Assembly (NCBI GenBank): GCA_016191105.1
Contig: JACPPH010000008.1
Span: 136,951-200,950 of the forward strand
Direction: 5' to 3'
DNA from: Candidatus Saccharimonadota bacterium
GTDB taxonomy: Bacteria > Patescibacteriota > Saccharimonadia > CAILAD01 > BJGX01
DNA length: 64,000 bases
A program made the position numbers and the translations under genes. Shown in pieces: positions 24,584 to 34,216 of the stretch. Within the stretch, counting starts at the first letter, position 1. Each line of letters opens with the position of its first letter. The notes below the pieces were generated by a model that was not told the DNA's origin, made no database searches, and saw only the letters and a program-made list of their open reading frames with translations.

Positions 24584-26441
24584 TGCATATTTAGTAGCTG
24601 CTTTAGGCATTGGCTTGTTTGCATTGTTATTTTTTGCCCAAACTGCCCAGGCTGCAACTTTTACGGTCGATAGCGTTGATGACGGCGGCAACGCGGGTGG
24701 CCCAGGTGTTTGTGACGATGGCGGCGGCAAGTGCACGCTGCGCGCGGCTATAGAGGCAGCCAACACTACAGCTGGAGCCGATGTAATTAATTTTGCCATT
24801 CCTGGTGGTGGGGGTGTAAACACCATTACACCGGGGTCAGACTATCCGGATATAACTGAGCAGCTTACTATAAATGGTGAAACCCAAAATAACCCAAGCT
24901 ATCCTACGATTGCGCCAGATGGTGCGAGTTGTGGCACATTGGTGCCCGCTAGCTTGCCGGCGAGTTCAAACACCCCACACGTACTTAAGATTGAAATCGA
25001 TGGCACCAGTGTAAATCGTGTTTTTAGTCTAGCTGCCAGCAATATCACTCTGCGCGGTCTTGCAATCCACGACGGCTCAACGGCAGTTTATGGCAACTCG
25101 AGTATAAATAATACTCTAATTGAGTGCAATTACATTGGCACAAATCCACCTGGCACGGCAGCCGAGGGTGGCACAGAAGGTATAAATCTACAAAGCAACA
25201 ATAATTCAACAATTCAAAATAATTTGCTAAGCGGCACAAATAACACAGGCATGTTTATTTACAACAGTAGTAATGTGCTTATCCAAAACAACTTGGTTGG
25301 GACTACCGCAATAGGCACGCAGGCGCTGGGTAATGGCAGTATTGGCATATATACCTACAATCTCACAAATGCGACCATTAGCCACAACATTGTTGCTGCG
25401 AACGGCGGCGGTGGTACGCGGGACGATTTGGGTACCTCAACCACTTTCACCGGTAATCTGGTGGGCATAGGCCTATCTGGTAGCCCATTGGGCAATACGG
25501 GCGATGGAGCAATCTTTAAGGGCTCGAACGGGTTTGTGGTTGGCGGCACATCTGCCACACTTCGCAACGTAATGTCGGCCAATACCGGTGATGGGCTACA
25601 TATTTTTGCCAACTGTGATGTCGGCTCATCACTAGTCTCGAACACATACGGCAACTATATTGGTACCAATACAGATGGCACAGTGCAGTCTGTATTCGGC
25701 AATGGCAAGGCGGGCATTGAAGTTAATGAATACCAAGGCAACTGTGGGTCGGTTTATAAACACCAAATTGGCGGCGATAGTGCTGGCCAAGCCAACATTA
25801 TAGCCGGCAATGGTGCTCAAGGTATCTTAATCCACCAGGACACCAATCACGATGTATTTAGCATAACGGCTATCGTGAATAGTATTTATGGCAACGGTCA
25901 GTTTGGTATTGATTTAGCTGCCGACAGTAGCACTACGAATGGGGTTGCCGACACCGATCTTGGCCCCAACCCGCTAAATTTACTAGCTATGACTTACCCC
26001 ACCACAGTTGCCAATTATTATCTTAATACCACTATTGTGAATTCGGCTACCTACTCTGGCAACCAGGTTACTGTTAATTACAGCTTGCAAGCCAACCCGG
26101 CACAAAATAGTAGTGACGGTGTTAGCTTACTTGCCAGTGATCTTGTTGGCTACCGCTTGGATTTTTATATAAATAGTGGCGGCCAGGACGGCGCTTATGC
26201 TGGCTATGGGCAGGGCAAAACCCATTTGGGCTCATTTATAGTAAATGGCTCAGAAACAAATGCCAACCATACTTTTATTAGCTCTGTTGCTTTGACCAAC
26301 GGCCAAACAATAACTGCTACCACGACCGTGCTTTGGACTAATAGTCCAGGCCCAGCTATTACGCCACGAGAGTGTGACGGTGAAACCGAACGAGAAGGCA
26401 ATGGACCACCATATAATTATGTAGGTTCTTGCCCTATGTAG
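24570..26441 (+). CDS. secreted CSLREA-domain protein with parallel beta-helix repeats (paralog 2)
   Basis: Same N-terminal module as paralog 1, with nucleotide tracts 100% identical over about 100 bp. Divergent central beta-helix, conserved C-terminal GYRLDFY...GKTHLGSF block. Confidence 0.6.
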   Translation: MLKRSAYLVAALGIGLFALLFFAQTAQAATFTVDSVDDGGNAGGPGVCDDGGGKCTLRAAIEAANTTAGADVINFAIPGGGGVNTITPGSDYPDITEQLTINGETQNNPSYPTIAPDGASCGTLVPASLPASSNTPHVLKIEIDGTSVNRVFSLAASNITLRGLAIHDGSTAVYGNSSINNTLIECNYIGTNPPGTAAEGGTEGINLQSNNNSTIQNNLLSGTNNTGMFIYNSSNVLIQNNLVGTTAIGTQALGNGSIGIYTYNLTNATISHNIVAANGGGGTRDDLGTSTTFTGNLVGIGLSGSPLGNTGDGAIFKGSNGFVVGGTSATLRNVMSANTGDGLHIFANCDVGSSLVSNTYGNYIGTNTDGTVQSVFGNGKAGIEVNEYQGNCGSVYKHQIGGDSAGQANIIAGNGAQGILIHQDTNHDVFSITAIVNSIYGNGQFGIDLAADSSTTNGVADTDLGPNPLNLLAMTYPTTVANYYLNTTIVNSATYSGNQVTVNYSLQANPAQNSSDGVSLLASDLVGYRLDFYINSGGQDGAYAGYGQGKTHLGSFIVNGSETNANHTFISSVALTNGQTITATTTVLWTNSPGPAITPRECDGETEREGNGPPYNYVGSCPM

Positions 26442-26621
26442 TTTTGTATTAGTGACGGACCACCTTATCAGATATCTAGTGACTGTAATTAAAAGCCCTT
26501 TGCAAAATCTTTAGAAACGACTATAGTGTAATTAGTTTTACAAAAGTATAGGTGGAATTTGGAAGAGCCAAGTTTGTTTATAATAATCTCTACCCATCTA
26601 GTTGGCGCAAACTGCCAACGA

Positions 26622-26649
26622 AACACTGAAGGCTGCAGCAAAAAAGCTG
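26622..26649 (+). terminator. Rho-independent terminator
   Basis: ggctgcagc-aaaaaa-gctgcag followed by tttttt. Confidence 0.45.
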
Positions 26650-26656
26650 CAGTTTT

Positions 26657-27682
26657 TTGTTTGGGACAAACACTATGAATGACTACATGTCCAAAAATAT
26701 ATCTGTTATAAAAAACTCTGGCAATCCTCAGAAAACTTGCCAAGAAGTATGCAGGTTGATATTCTCACACTACGAGCAGGGTCGGCTAAGTGCTGCCGAA
26801 GCGATGGTTTTGTTAAAAAGCAGCATAGTACAGTTAGATGATCGAAAAGAAGGCGGCTTTAGGTTTCTGTCTGTATGTAAAAAACCGGGCGCGATGCTAG
26901 CCATATTTGCACTAATAGGGGCACTACTAGGCGCGACTTTTACACTAAGTGGTGCATATAATTCAGCTCAAATTACCGTATTAATATTTAGCTGCTTCAT
27001 TAATTTGATATTAGGGGGTATGGTTTTTGCAAAAAATCCAAAGAGTCAATGTAACAAGATATTCTTTGCAACATCGATTGTACTGACAGGCTTTTTACTG
27101 ACCAATTTTATGTCTTTACACCCCCTAGCTTTAGCACAAATTACTTGGATAAGATTACAAATGGTGAGTGTAGTTAGCTTTGTATTAGGCTATTACCTCA
27201 TAATCTTGTTGTTTCCCAATAGGCTAATTACTCAATTGTCGCAATTCCAAAAAAGTGTCATTGGACTTTCACTCATATTAATAGGCTTGTGCTTAACACC
27301 AACGATTTTTGTTGCCACAACTCAAGCTCCCAATGCACGTCTTGGCAACTTATTCTTTTTAATACTTGTTCAACAATTTGGCTTAATAGTACTTACAATT
27401 TATGAAATATACAAGAAATCCAAGGTTGCCACAAAAACTAGAAAACTACAACTAGTCATAATAGCTGTTGGCATACTTTTTAGCTTTTTTGGTATCTTTG
27501 TATTCAACTTTATATTCGTTCAAGTACTGAATACTACTGCCTTCATCTACTTGAGTAATCTTGCCACTCTAGCCTTTACTGCTAGCTTTGCTTATGTAGT
27601 TTTTTACAAAAAAATGTTTGATAAGATACAGAGATTAAAAAAGTTATCAGGGCTAACCTGGATAACCGTGATTGGTGTTTGA
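26657..27682 (+). CDS. polytopic membrane protein of unknown function
   Basis: 341 aa with at least 7 predicted TM segments. Confidence 0.45.
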   Translation: MFGTNTMNDYMSKNISVIKNSGNPQKTCQEVCRLIFSHYEQGRLSAAEAMVLLKSSIVQLDDRKEGGFRFLSVCKKPGAMLAIFALIGALLGATFTLSGAYNSAQITVLIFSCFINLILGGMVFAKNPKSQCNKIFFATSIVLTGFLLTNFMSLHPLALAQITWIRLQMVSVVSFVLGYYLIILLFPNRLITQLSQFQKSVIGLSLILIGLCLTPTIFVATTQAPNARLGNLFFLILVQQFGLIVLTIYEIYKKSKVATKTRKLQLVIIAVGILFSFFGIFVFNFIFVQVLNTTAFIYLSNLATLAFTASFAYVVFYKKMFDKIQRLKKLSGLTWITVIGV

Positions 27683-27854
27683 TTATTTGCGAGCACATTC
27701 GCAATAAGCTGACTATGTTAGTTCTACCGCTGTTTTTGTAATAAATTTTATAGGTGAATCAAATATAATAAGAAAACCGAACCCATAATCCACACACATA
27801 ATCACTGGCTGCTGCTATCTATTGGCTAAGACCTAAAATAACTGGTAAACTTCT

Positions 27855-28328
27855 TTAGTCCCAGCTCCTAGATTGGTAAACTGCTATAACTAGAGAACAA
27901 ACAGGTTTGTGTTCACAGATTGTTCCAGAAACTGATAGTTTGATGGGGTGCCAGCTATGATCTGGGCGCCTTTTCATCATATCTGTTAAGGTCTTATAAA
28001 TATCTTTTTGAACCTCATCTTCACTGCTCCCAGTATGTTCTACAAACATACCCTGTTTAGTTTTTTTATCTAATACCCAACCTATACCCGCCCAAGCTTG
28101 TTTATTTGGGATAGTTTCACGTTTTTGAGCAATAACGCAGTAAAGTTTATGACCAAATTTGCCATTTTCTGGTTTTGGTTTGGATTGTATAATTTTTGAA
28201 CCAGCTGGAATAATCGAACTCAAGTAAATTAGATTATAGTTTGCAGCACCTGCTTCCTGTAGTGCAGTATCAAAGGCAGCTAAAGGAGTAGGTCCGCTGG
28301 CAGATGCCTTAACAACATGTATATCCAT
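27855..28328 (-). CDS. pdaD: pyruvoyl-dependent arginine decarboxylase
   Basis: ASGPTPLAAFDTALQEAGAANYNLIYLSSIIPAGS parallels the archaeal/bacterial PvlArgDC motif [31 protein letters not shown] (self-cleaving Ser-Ser). Confidence 0.65.
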   Translation of the reverse strand: MDIHVVKASASGPTPLAAFDTALQEAGAANYNLIYLSSIIPAGSKIIQSKPKPENGKFGHKLYCVIAQKRETIPNKQAWAGIGWVLDKKTKQGMFVEHTGSSEDEVQKDIYKTLTDMMKRRPDHSWHPIKLSVSGTICEHKPVCSLVIAVYQSRSWD

Positions 28329-28368
28329 AATAGATATTGTAAACTAAATTTAAAAGCATATATATATT

Positions 28369-28397
28369 GACAATCTAACTGAAATATAGTAGAATAG
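28369..28397 (+). promoter_or_regulatory. sigma70-like promoter TTGACA-N17-TAGAAT
   Basis: attgacaatctaactgaaatatagtagaat, immediately upstream of the higher-GC two-gene module. Confidence 0.45.
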
Positions 28398-28427
28398 AGA
28401 AAGTTCTTTTTACAGAAGGAACGATCC

Positions 28428-28967
28428 TTGAGAACGGGAGTAAACATGCAGAAATTGGAATCAAACAGCGATCATCTTGAGTTCCAGCTTCCGCTGGTGG
28501 TCAAGGTTTTCGTGTTCGTGATCCCACTTTGGATCATCAACGCGTATGCCACCCGATTAGGTCTCTGGCCCGTAGGAATTGCTCTCTCCGTAATCACGGC
28601 GAGTGCAATTATTTGGCAATGGCCGAAGATTGAACGTGGAATTGTCAAACTCCGCCACAAAGCAATCAACGACTACCACGTCAGTCCCAAGACTTTTGCT
28701 GTGCTTTACATCTTCAGTTTTGCGCCTTTCTATCTTGGCCTGTTCATGATGGCCGAAGGTGTCGTTCGTCAAAGTTGGGCGCTAGTTGCGCTAGGAGGAC
28801 TGATCAATCGGTTTTCGTATGCGCTTCCTTATCTCTACGTCATTTTCTGGGGGGATCTCACTGAAAAGGTAGGAATTTGGAAGATCAGGCTTAGACTAAA
28901 CGTCTTGGTGTGGGGTTGGATTGTCATTTCGGTGGCTTTCTTTGTCCTAACAAAGGTGCTCTCGTAG
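28428..28967 (+). CDS. membrane protein of unknown function (higher-GC module)
   Basis: 4 TM helices. Codon usage is richer in C-ending codons than neighbouring genes. Confidence 0.45.
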   Translation: MRTGVNMQKLESNSDHLEFQLPLVVKVFVFVIPLWIINAYATRLGLWPVGIALSVITASAIIWQWPKIERGIVKLRHKAINDYHVSPKTFAVLYIFSFAPFYLGLFMMAEGVVRQSWALVALGGLINRFSYALPYLYVIFWGDLTEKVGIWKIRLRLNVLVWGWIVISVAFFVLTKVLS

Positions 28968-28990
28968 CACCACCCCTTAAAGGAGTAAGT

Positions 28991-29536
28991 ATGTCGTCAT
29001 ACGTTAGCATGGAAAGTGGTTTCTCGGATGACGTGGTTGAATTGTTGTGGCCCTTGTATGACGAAGGCTTCAAAGACATCAACCTGCACAGTCCGTGCCG
29101 GCAATCGTTCAACTACGGCGAATTCGTTGCTGCGTTAAAGGACCCCAGGGTCTATAGGGCAGTACTACGAGATGACGAAAGCAACGAGATGCTCGCTGTG
29201 GCTGTATGGAGCAACAACTTCGATCACTTCCCTTGGCTTAGCGCGGAGTACTTCAAAGCGAGGTACCCCGAGGAGTTTGAGGCAGGCCGACTGTACTACA
29301 CAGTTGCAACCCTATCTCTCAACAAGCGAAGTGGGCACATGACAAAGATCATGCTTGAGATGACTCGACGAATCGCCGCGGAACGTGGCAGAATGTTGTT
29401 TGATCTCTGCGAAGAACTTGTCAACATAAATTGGCAAGTTGTCATCTTTGAAACAGCCAGCTCAGTGGTTGATGAACCACTAGAACTGGAAAACCTTGGA
29501 GTACAGCAATACTTCTCGGTTGGTTTCAAGAGTTGA
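28991..29536 (+). CDS. hypothetical cytoplasmic protein (higher-GC module)
   Basis: RBS AAAGGAG upstream of the ATG at 28991, 181 aa, no recognised motif. Confidence 0.45.
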   Translation: MSSYVSMESGFSDDVVELLWPLYDEGFKDINLHSPCRQSFNYGEFVAALKDPRVYRAVLRDDESNEMLAVAVWSNNFDHFPWLSAEYFKARYPEEFEAGRLYYTVATLSLNKRSGHMTKIMLEMTRRIAAERGRMLFDLCEELVNINWQVVIFETASSVVDEPLELENLGVQQYFSVGFKS

Positions 29537-29540
29537 CGCC

Positions 29541-29573
29541 AGGGGACCCTTAGGGGTCCCCTTCTCTTTTTGT
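29541..29573 (+). terminator. Rho-independent terminator
   Basis: aggggaccc-ttagg-ggtcccct plus ttctcttttt. Confidence 0.6.
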
Positions 29574-29592
29574 TATAATAACTACAAGTAGA

Positions 29593-31794
29593 ATGAAAAT
29601 TCAATTTTTTATCTATATTCCTACATTTCTGTTACTTTTTTTATTGGGGCTACTTGTTTATCTAAAAAACCACAAGACACGCTCCAACAAACTTTTTATA
29701 TTATTAGATGCCTCCATATTGTTTTGGTTGATACCTTCATTTGTGGCTGACATAGCCACAGACTCAATGATTTCGTTAAGAGCCCTTCAAATAGGGTATT
29801 TAATATCGCTCCTAATTCCTTATTTTTTTATATTGTTTTCATTAACTTTTTTATCTAATAAGAAACTGAACAAACTTACAGTAGGTTTACTTACACCGAC
29901 CCCAATTGTTTTATCTTTATTTTCATTTAGTGTACTAAACATTAATGAAGTCACGATTAGAAATTGGGGGGCAGAGGTTACAAAAAGTGGAATAATATAT
30001 TCAATTTCAGCTGCTTATTTCTTTGGGTACGCGTTACTAGCCTTGCTAGTGCTAATTAGAAAACAGAGAAAATCGAAAGGTAGTGAGAAGGACCAACTTA
30101 GGTTGATAATATATGGTACAGCATTCGCTGCCATTGCAAATGTAGCTACGAGTTATGTGTTTGTTCTATTTGGTAATTCACAATATGCAGTTTTATTTGG
30201 GATACCATCCTTTGTTATATTTGTAGGCTGTATAACCTATGCAATAGTAAGACATAAGCTATTTGACATAAGAGCTGTAATTGCCCGATCGGTTACATTT
30301 GTGCTGCTAATAACTACTATGGCTGGAGTTTATGGTGTAGTGGCTTTTCAGGTAATAAATGTAATACTAAAGGGGAGCTCTAACACTGCAAGACAGCTGG
30401 CCGATGTTCTGCTGGCTGTGGTGTTGGCTTTTACGTTTGGGCCGCTGCGGCGGTTCTTCGAGAAACTAACCGATAGGGTGTTTTATCGTGATCGCTACGA
30501 TCCACAAGTGTTGGTAAACAAAATAGGGCGCATTCTGGCCAGCGAAATTGATTTAGAAAAACTTTGCCGCAAGGTTATAAGTGAATTGACGGTCTCTATG
30601 CGTTTAAGTTTTACCGACATAGTAGTATTTGGCGAAAAGGAAGTTCATTTTCAAACTCGGGTGTTTTCGCCAGATCAGCACCACATATTAATTGCCGATC
30701 TAAAAAAGCTTGGCCGTTTAGCTGTGGTGCGTGATGAGTTAGCTACGGGCGAGCGAAAAGAGGTTATGGATAAATACGGGGTTAGCGCCAGTCTGGCCTT
30801 GCGAACCAGCGAGGAGTTTATAGGCTATCTTTTGTTGGGCGAAAAGAAGTCAGGTGACATATATAATGATCAAGATATTCAGATTCTTAAGATTATTGCT
30901 AATGAGCTATCGGTGGCCATACAAAATGCCAAAGCCTTTACTGAGATACAGTTATTCAATGCAACATTGCAAGAGAAGGTTCAACGTGCCACCAAAAATC
31001 TTCGTCATGCCAACGAACAGCTCAAAGAGCTAGATCAAGCCAAAGATGAGTTTATTAGCATGGCCAGCCATCAGTTGCGCACACCGCTAACTACCGTTAA
31101 GGGCTATGCCAGCATGTTAGCCGAGGGCGATTTTGGCAAGCTGAACAGCCAGCAAAAAGAGCCGGTGCAAGAGGCTCTAGACGGCGCTAGCCGTATGGCT
31201 CGACTAATTGACGATCTGCTGAATGTTAGCCGCATGGAGGCCGGCCGGTTCTTTATAGATGCTGTAAGTACCGACGTGGTTAAAATGACTCAGCAAGAAG
31301 TAGATCAACTGCAAAGCCTGGCCCAAGCCAAGAAGGTAGAGCTTGTGTACGAACCGCCCAAAACACCGCTCAAGCCAATTTTACTCGATGAAAACAAAAC
31401 CCGCCAGGTAATCATGAACCTGGTCGACAACGCCATTCACTATAGCCAGCCGCCGGCCGGCGGAGGGCATGTTCATGTTAAGTTAACCGCCGAAGGCAGC
31501 AACTTGGTGTTTACGGTGCAAGACGATGGCATTGGTGTGCCAAAAGAGCAGCAAGGCAGGCTTTTTCATAAGATGTTTAGAGCCGGAAATGCTAAAAATG
31601 TTCGGCCAGATGGCACAGGCCTTGGTTTGTACCTAGTTAAGCGGGTAGTCGAAGACCAGGGTGGCCAAATAATATTCCAAAGCGAAGAGGGTAAGGGTTC
31701 GCTATTCGGGTTCCGATTACCATTGAGCGGGGTTCCTCAAGAACTGTTGGGTAAGGCCAAAGAAATTGCCAAAACCGCCCACCTGACTGCTTAG
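29593..31794 (+). CDS. sensor histidine kinase (polytopic membrane sensor + GAF-like + HisKA + HATPase_c)
   Basis: About 7 N-terminal TM helices, H-box HQLRTPLTTVKGYASML, and N/G1/G2 boxes (NLVDNAIHYS, DDGIGVP, GTGLGL). Confidence 0.8.
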   Translation: MKIQFFIYIPTFLLLFLLGLLVYLKNHKTRSNKLFILLDASILFWLIPSFVADIATDSMISLRALQIGYLISLLIPYFFILFSLTFLSNKKLNKLTVGLLTPTPIVLSLFSFSVLNINEVTIRNWGAEVTKSGIIYSISAAYFFGYALLALLVLIRKQRKSKGSEKDQLRLIIYGTAFAAIANVATSYVFVLFGNSQYAVLFGIPSFVIFVGCITYAIVRHKLFDIRAVIARSVTFVLLITTMAGVYGVVAFQVINVILKGSSNTARQLADVLLAVVLAFTFGPLRRFFEKLTDRVFYRDRYDPQVLVNKIGRILASEIDLEKLCRKVISELTVSMRLSFTDIVVFGEKEVHFQTRVFSPDQHHILIADLKKLGRLAVVRDELATGERKEVMDKYGVSASLALRTSEEFIGYLLLGEKKSGDIYNDQDIQILKIIANELSVAIQNAKAFTEIQLFNATLQEKVQRATKNLRHANEQLKELDQAKDEFISMASHQLRTPLTTVKGYASMLAEGDFGKLNSQQKEPVQEALDGASRMARLIDDLLNVSRMEAGRFFIDAVSTDVVKMTQQEVDQLQSLAQAKKVELVYEPPKTPLKPILLDENKTRQVIMNLVDNAIHYSQPPAGGGHVHVKLTAEGSNLVFTVQDDGIGVPKEQQGRLFHKMFRAGNAKNVRPDGTGLGLYLVKRVVEDQGGQIIFQSEEGKGSLFGFRLPLSGVPQELLGKAKEIAKTAHLTA

Positions 31795-32696
31795 TTAAGA
31801 TTTGGCTCCAAAGTAAGTCTTATAGAGTAACCTTCACCATAGTTTGTATCGTAAGTCTTGTACCCCTTGGGAAATAGTTGCACTAACTGCTTATGCTCTA
31901 CTGCGATATTTTTTTGATGATCAGTATATTTAGCTAAGTACTCATCGTACAAAACCGGCGTAACAATAATCAATCTACCATTACTATTCAAAAGACTGTT
32001 AATTTTTTCTACAAACTCAGCTTTATCGTCGATGAATGCCAGTACTAAATTTACAGTTATTAAGTCAAACTTTTTCTTGCCAAAGTTATAGCTCATAAAG
32101 TCACCAACAATTCCGGCCGAATAATCACTTAAATCAATACCTGTAACTCTACAGCCCCTATCTTTGAGCTGCTTCATCAGTTCACCTTGGCCACAGCCAA
32201 TATCTAATACATCACCTCTAGGACTGATATCATCGAGTATGATTTCACTCACAGAAGCAAACTTCCGACCTTCTTTATATGCTTTATTCCAATCTAATTT
32301 TTTCATTGCAATTACCCCACAGATATGAGGGTCGGAATGGCCCTCGTACAACCCAGGGTCGTAGGCGATGCCGTGTTCGGCCATGAACATCCTTGTGTCG
32401 TCCGCTGGCCGTACCACATCGCCGTCCCGATCTGTCGGGTTGTGGTGCAAGAAGAAGCCGAAAGCGTCGCAGCAGTACTGCTGGTACTCGCGCGTGTAGA
32501 GGATGAAGGTGTGCCAACCGATGTCGACGAGCTGGGGTGAGCCGAGCCCCTCCTGACTCATGGCCGCGGCTCGCATGTAGATCAGCGTCTCGTCCATGAT
32601 GGCGCTAGCCATCTCGCACGAGAACTGATGCTCGCCCATCATGAGTTTGATGATCCGTTGGCGAGTCTCCTCGAGCGGGTGTATTGTGGTGTTCAC
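31791..32696 (-). CDS. two-domain protein: N-terminal unknown domain (high-GC DNA) fused to a class I SAM-dependent methyltransferase (AT-rich DNA)
   Basis: C-terminal half has VLDIGCGQGELMKQL (SAM motif I). An abrupt GC-content step occurs inside the ORF at about 32290. Confidence 0.55.
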   Translation of the reverse strand: MNTTIHPLEETRQRIIKLMMGEHQFSCEMASAIMDETLIYMRAAAMSQEGLGSPQLVDIGWHTFILYTREYQQYCCDAFGFFLHHNPTDRDGDVVRPADDTRMFMAEHGIAYDPGLYEGHSDPHICGVIAMKKLDWNKAYKEGRKFASVSEIILDDISPRGDVLDIGCGQGELMKQLKDRGCRVTGIDLSDYSAGIVGDFMSYNFGKKKFDLITVNLVLAFIDDKAEFVEKINSLLNSNGRLIIVTPVLYDEYLAKYTDHQKNIAVEHKQLVQLFPKGYKTYDTNYGEGYSIRLTLEPNLN

Positions 32697-32823
32697 TGGT
32701 AGGTCTTCTTTCGTTTATTTGGCTACCAGTTGCCCGCACTATATTCCTGGTTGTACTTATTGTCAAACATCGTTATAACGACAATTTGCAACTTCCGGCA
32801 GTAACTATTACCATAAGAACAAT

Positions 32824-33009
32824 ATGTCCCCACTAAAACTCATTGCCTTATTTGTACTAGTATTTTGTGTGAGTGCTTTCTTGTTGTTGCTAATTGTCAA
32901 AATAACACATTTTATTACCAAAGATCATACCAACAACTACTGGCTGGCAATTGCAGTCTTTTCAGCGCTGCTGGCGGCCATGGTTGTTTATACTAATTTA
33001 GGAAGATAA
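32824..33009 (+). CDS. small two-TM membrane protein
   Basis: 61-aa hydrophobic ORF ending 1 nt before pgk. Confidence 0.3.
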   Translation: MSPLKLIALFVLVFCVSAFLLLLIVKITHFITKDHTNNYWLAIAVFSALLAAMVVYTNLGR

Positions 33010-34194
33010 ATGGCGGTTGAGCTTATTACCCTAGACAAATTGTATCTTCGTGGCAAAAGAGTCTTTGTGCGGGTTGATTATAACGTAGTCGAAAACGGAA
33101 AGATTATCGATGACTTTCGAATCGAAGCTAGCCTAACAACCCTGCAGTATTTGTTAAAGCAAGACTGTGCGCTTGTGCTGGCGAGCCACAATGGTAGGCC
33201 AAATGGCAAACCAAATAAATCTCTGAGCCTTCAACCAGTGGCTCGGCGACTGGCGCAGCTTTTGCGCAGAGAGGTGGTTTTTATGCACGACTGCGTGGGT
33301 AAACAAGTAAAAGCAGAAGCTACTGCACTGCGAGCGGGCGACATAATGATGCTCGAAAACTTACGTTTTCACCCGGGCGAAGAGAAAGACTCGGCCGAAT
33401 TTGCCAAAGATCTGGCTAGTTTAGCCGAAGCCTATGTCGACGATGCTTTTGCCAACATCCATAGGGCTCATGCTAGCATGGTGGGAGTGCCCAAACTCTT
33501 GCCACATGCAGCTGGCAAACTGGTGGCTACCGAATACAAAACTCTACACCATATGCTAACCAAACCTACCCGTCCATTTACGGCCGTGATTGGTGGGGTT
33601 AAGGTGTCAGACAAAATCGATGTATTATATGGCCTATTAGACATAGTCGACAATCTGCTTATCGGTGGTGCTATGGCCAACACCTTTCTGGCAGCGGCTG
33701 GCAATAATATGCGCGCCAGTGTGGTTGAAAAAGATCACCTGCGCGACGCTAATTACATTGTCGAAAAAGCTAAACAAAAAGGTGTTAAGCTGTATCTACC
33801 AAAAGACTTGGTGGTAGCACATTCCATGCAGCGCGGGGCAGCTAAACACACGGTCGATGTTGGTTCGGTTCGAGATGGCGAAGCCGCCTACGATCTGGGA
33901 GATGCTACTATGAAGGGGTTTAGTAAAGTTATTAAAGTTAGCAAAACGGTTTTTTGGAACGGCACGCTAGGCATGGCCGAAATCCCCGACTTTGCAACTG
34001 CTAGTCAGCAGTTGGCGCGGGCTATGCTAAGCTCTGGCGCCGAAACAGTAGTGGGCGGGGGAGACACGGCAAGCTTTGTAGACGCCGAAAAACTGCACGA
34101 TAAATTCGACTTTGTTTCAACCGGCGGCGGGGCTACATTGGAGTTGATCGCGGGTAAAAAACTGCCGGCTCTCGAAATTCTGTTTAAGAAATAA
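33010..34194 (+). CDS. pgk: phosphoglycerate kinase
   Basis: KRVFVRVDYNV, ASHNGRP, GGGDT motifs; 394 aa. Confidence 0.9.
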   Translation: MAVELITLDKLYLRGKRVFVRVDYNVVENGKIIDDFRIEASLTTLQYLLKQDCALVLASHNGRPNGKPNKSLSLQPVARRLAQLLRREVVFMHDCVGKQVKAEATALRAGDIMMLENLRFHPGEEKDSAEFAKDLASLAEAYVDDAFANIHRAHASMVGVPKLLPHAAGKLVATEYKTLHHMLTKPTRPFTAVIGGVKVSDKIDVLYGLLDIVDNLLIGGAMANTFLAAAGNNMRASVVEKDHLRDANYIVEKAKQKGVKLYLPKDLVVAHSMQRGAAKHTVDVGSVRDGEAAYDLGDATMKGFSKVIKVSKTVFWNGTLGMAEIPDFATASQQLARAMLSSGAETVVGGGDTASFVDAEKLHDKFDFVSTGGGATLELIAGKKLPALEILFKK

Positions 34195-34216
34195 ACAATT
34201 CTGGCATAATAGGACT

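Noticed and set aside
22470-24840. Near-identical DNA tracts about 2.2 kb apart that could be mistaken for CRISPR or other direct repeats
   Set aside because: They are in-frame coding sequence of paralogous genes with divergent sequence between them. No short regular repeat-spacer periodicity.
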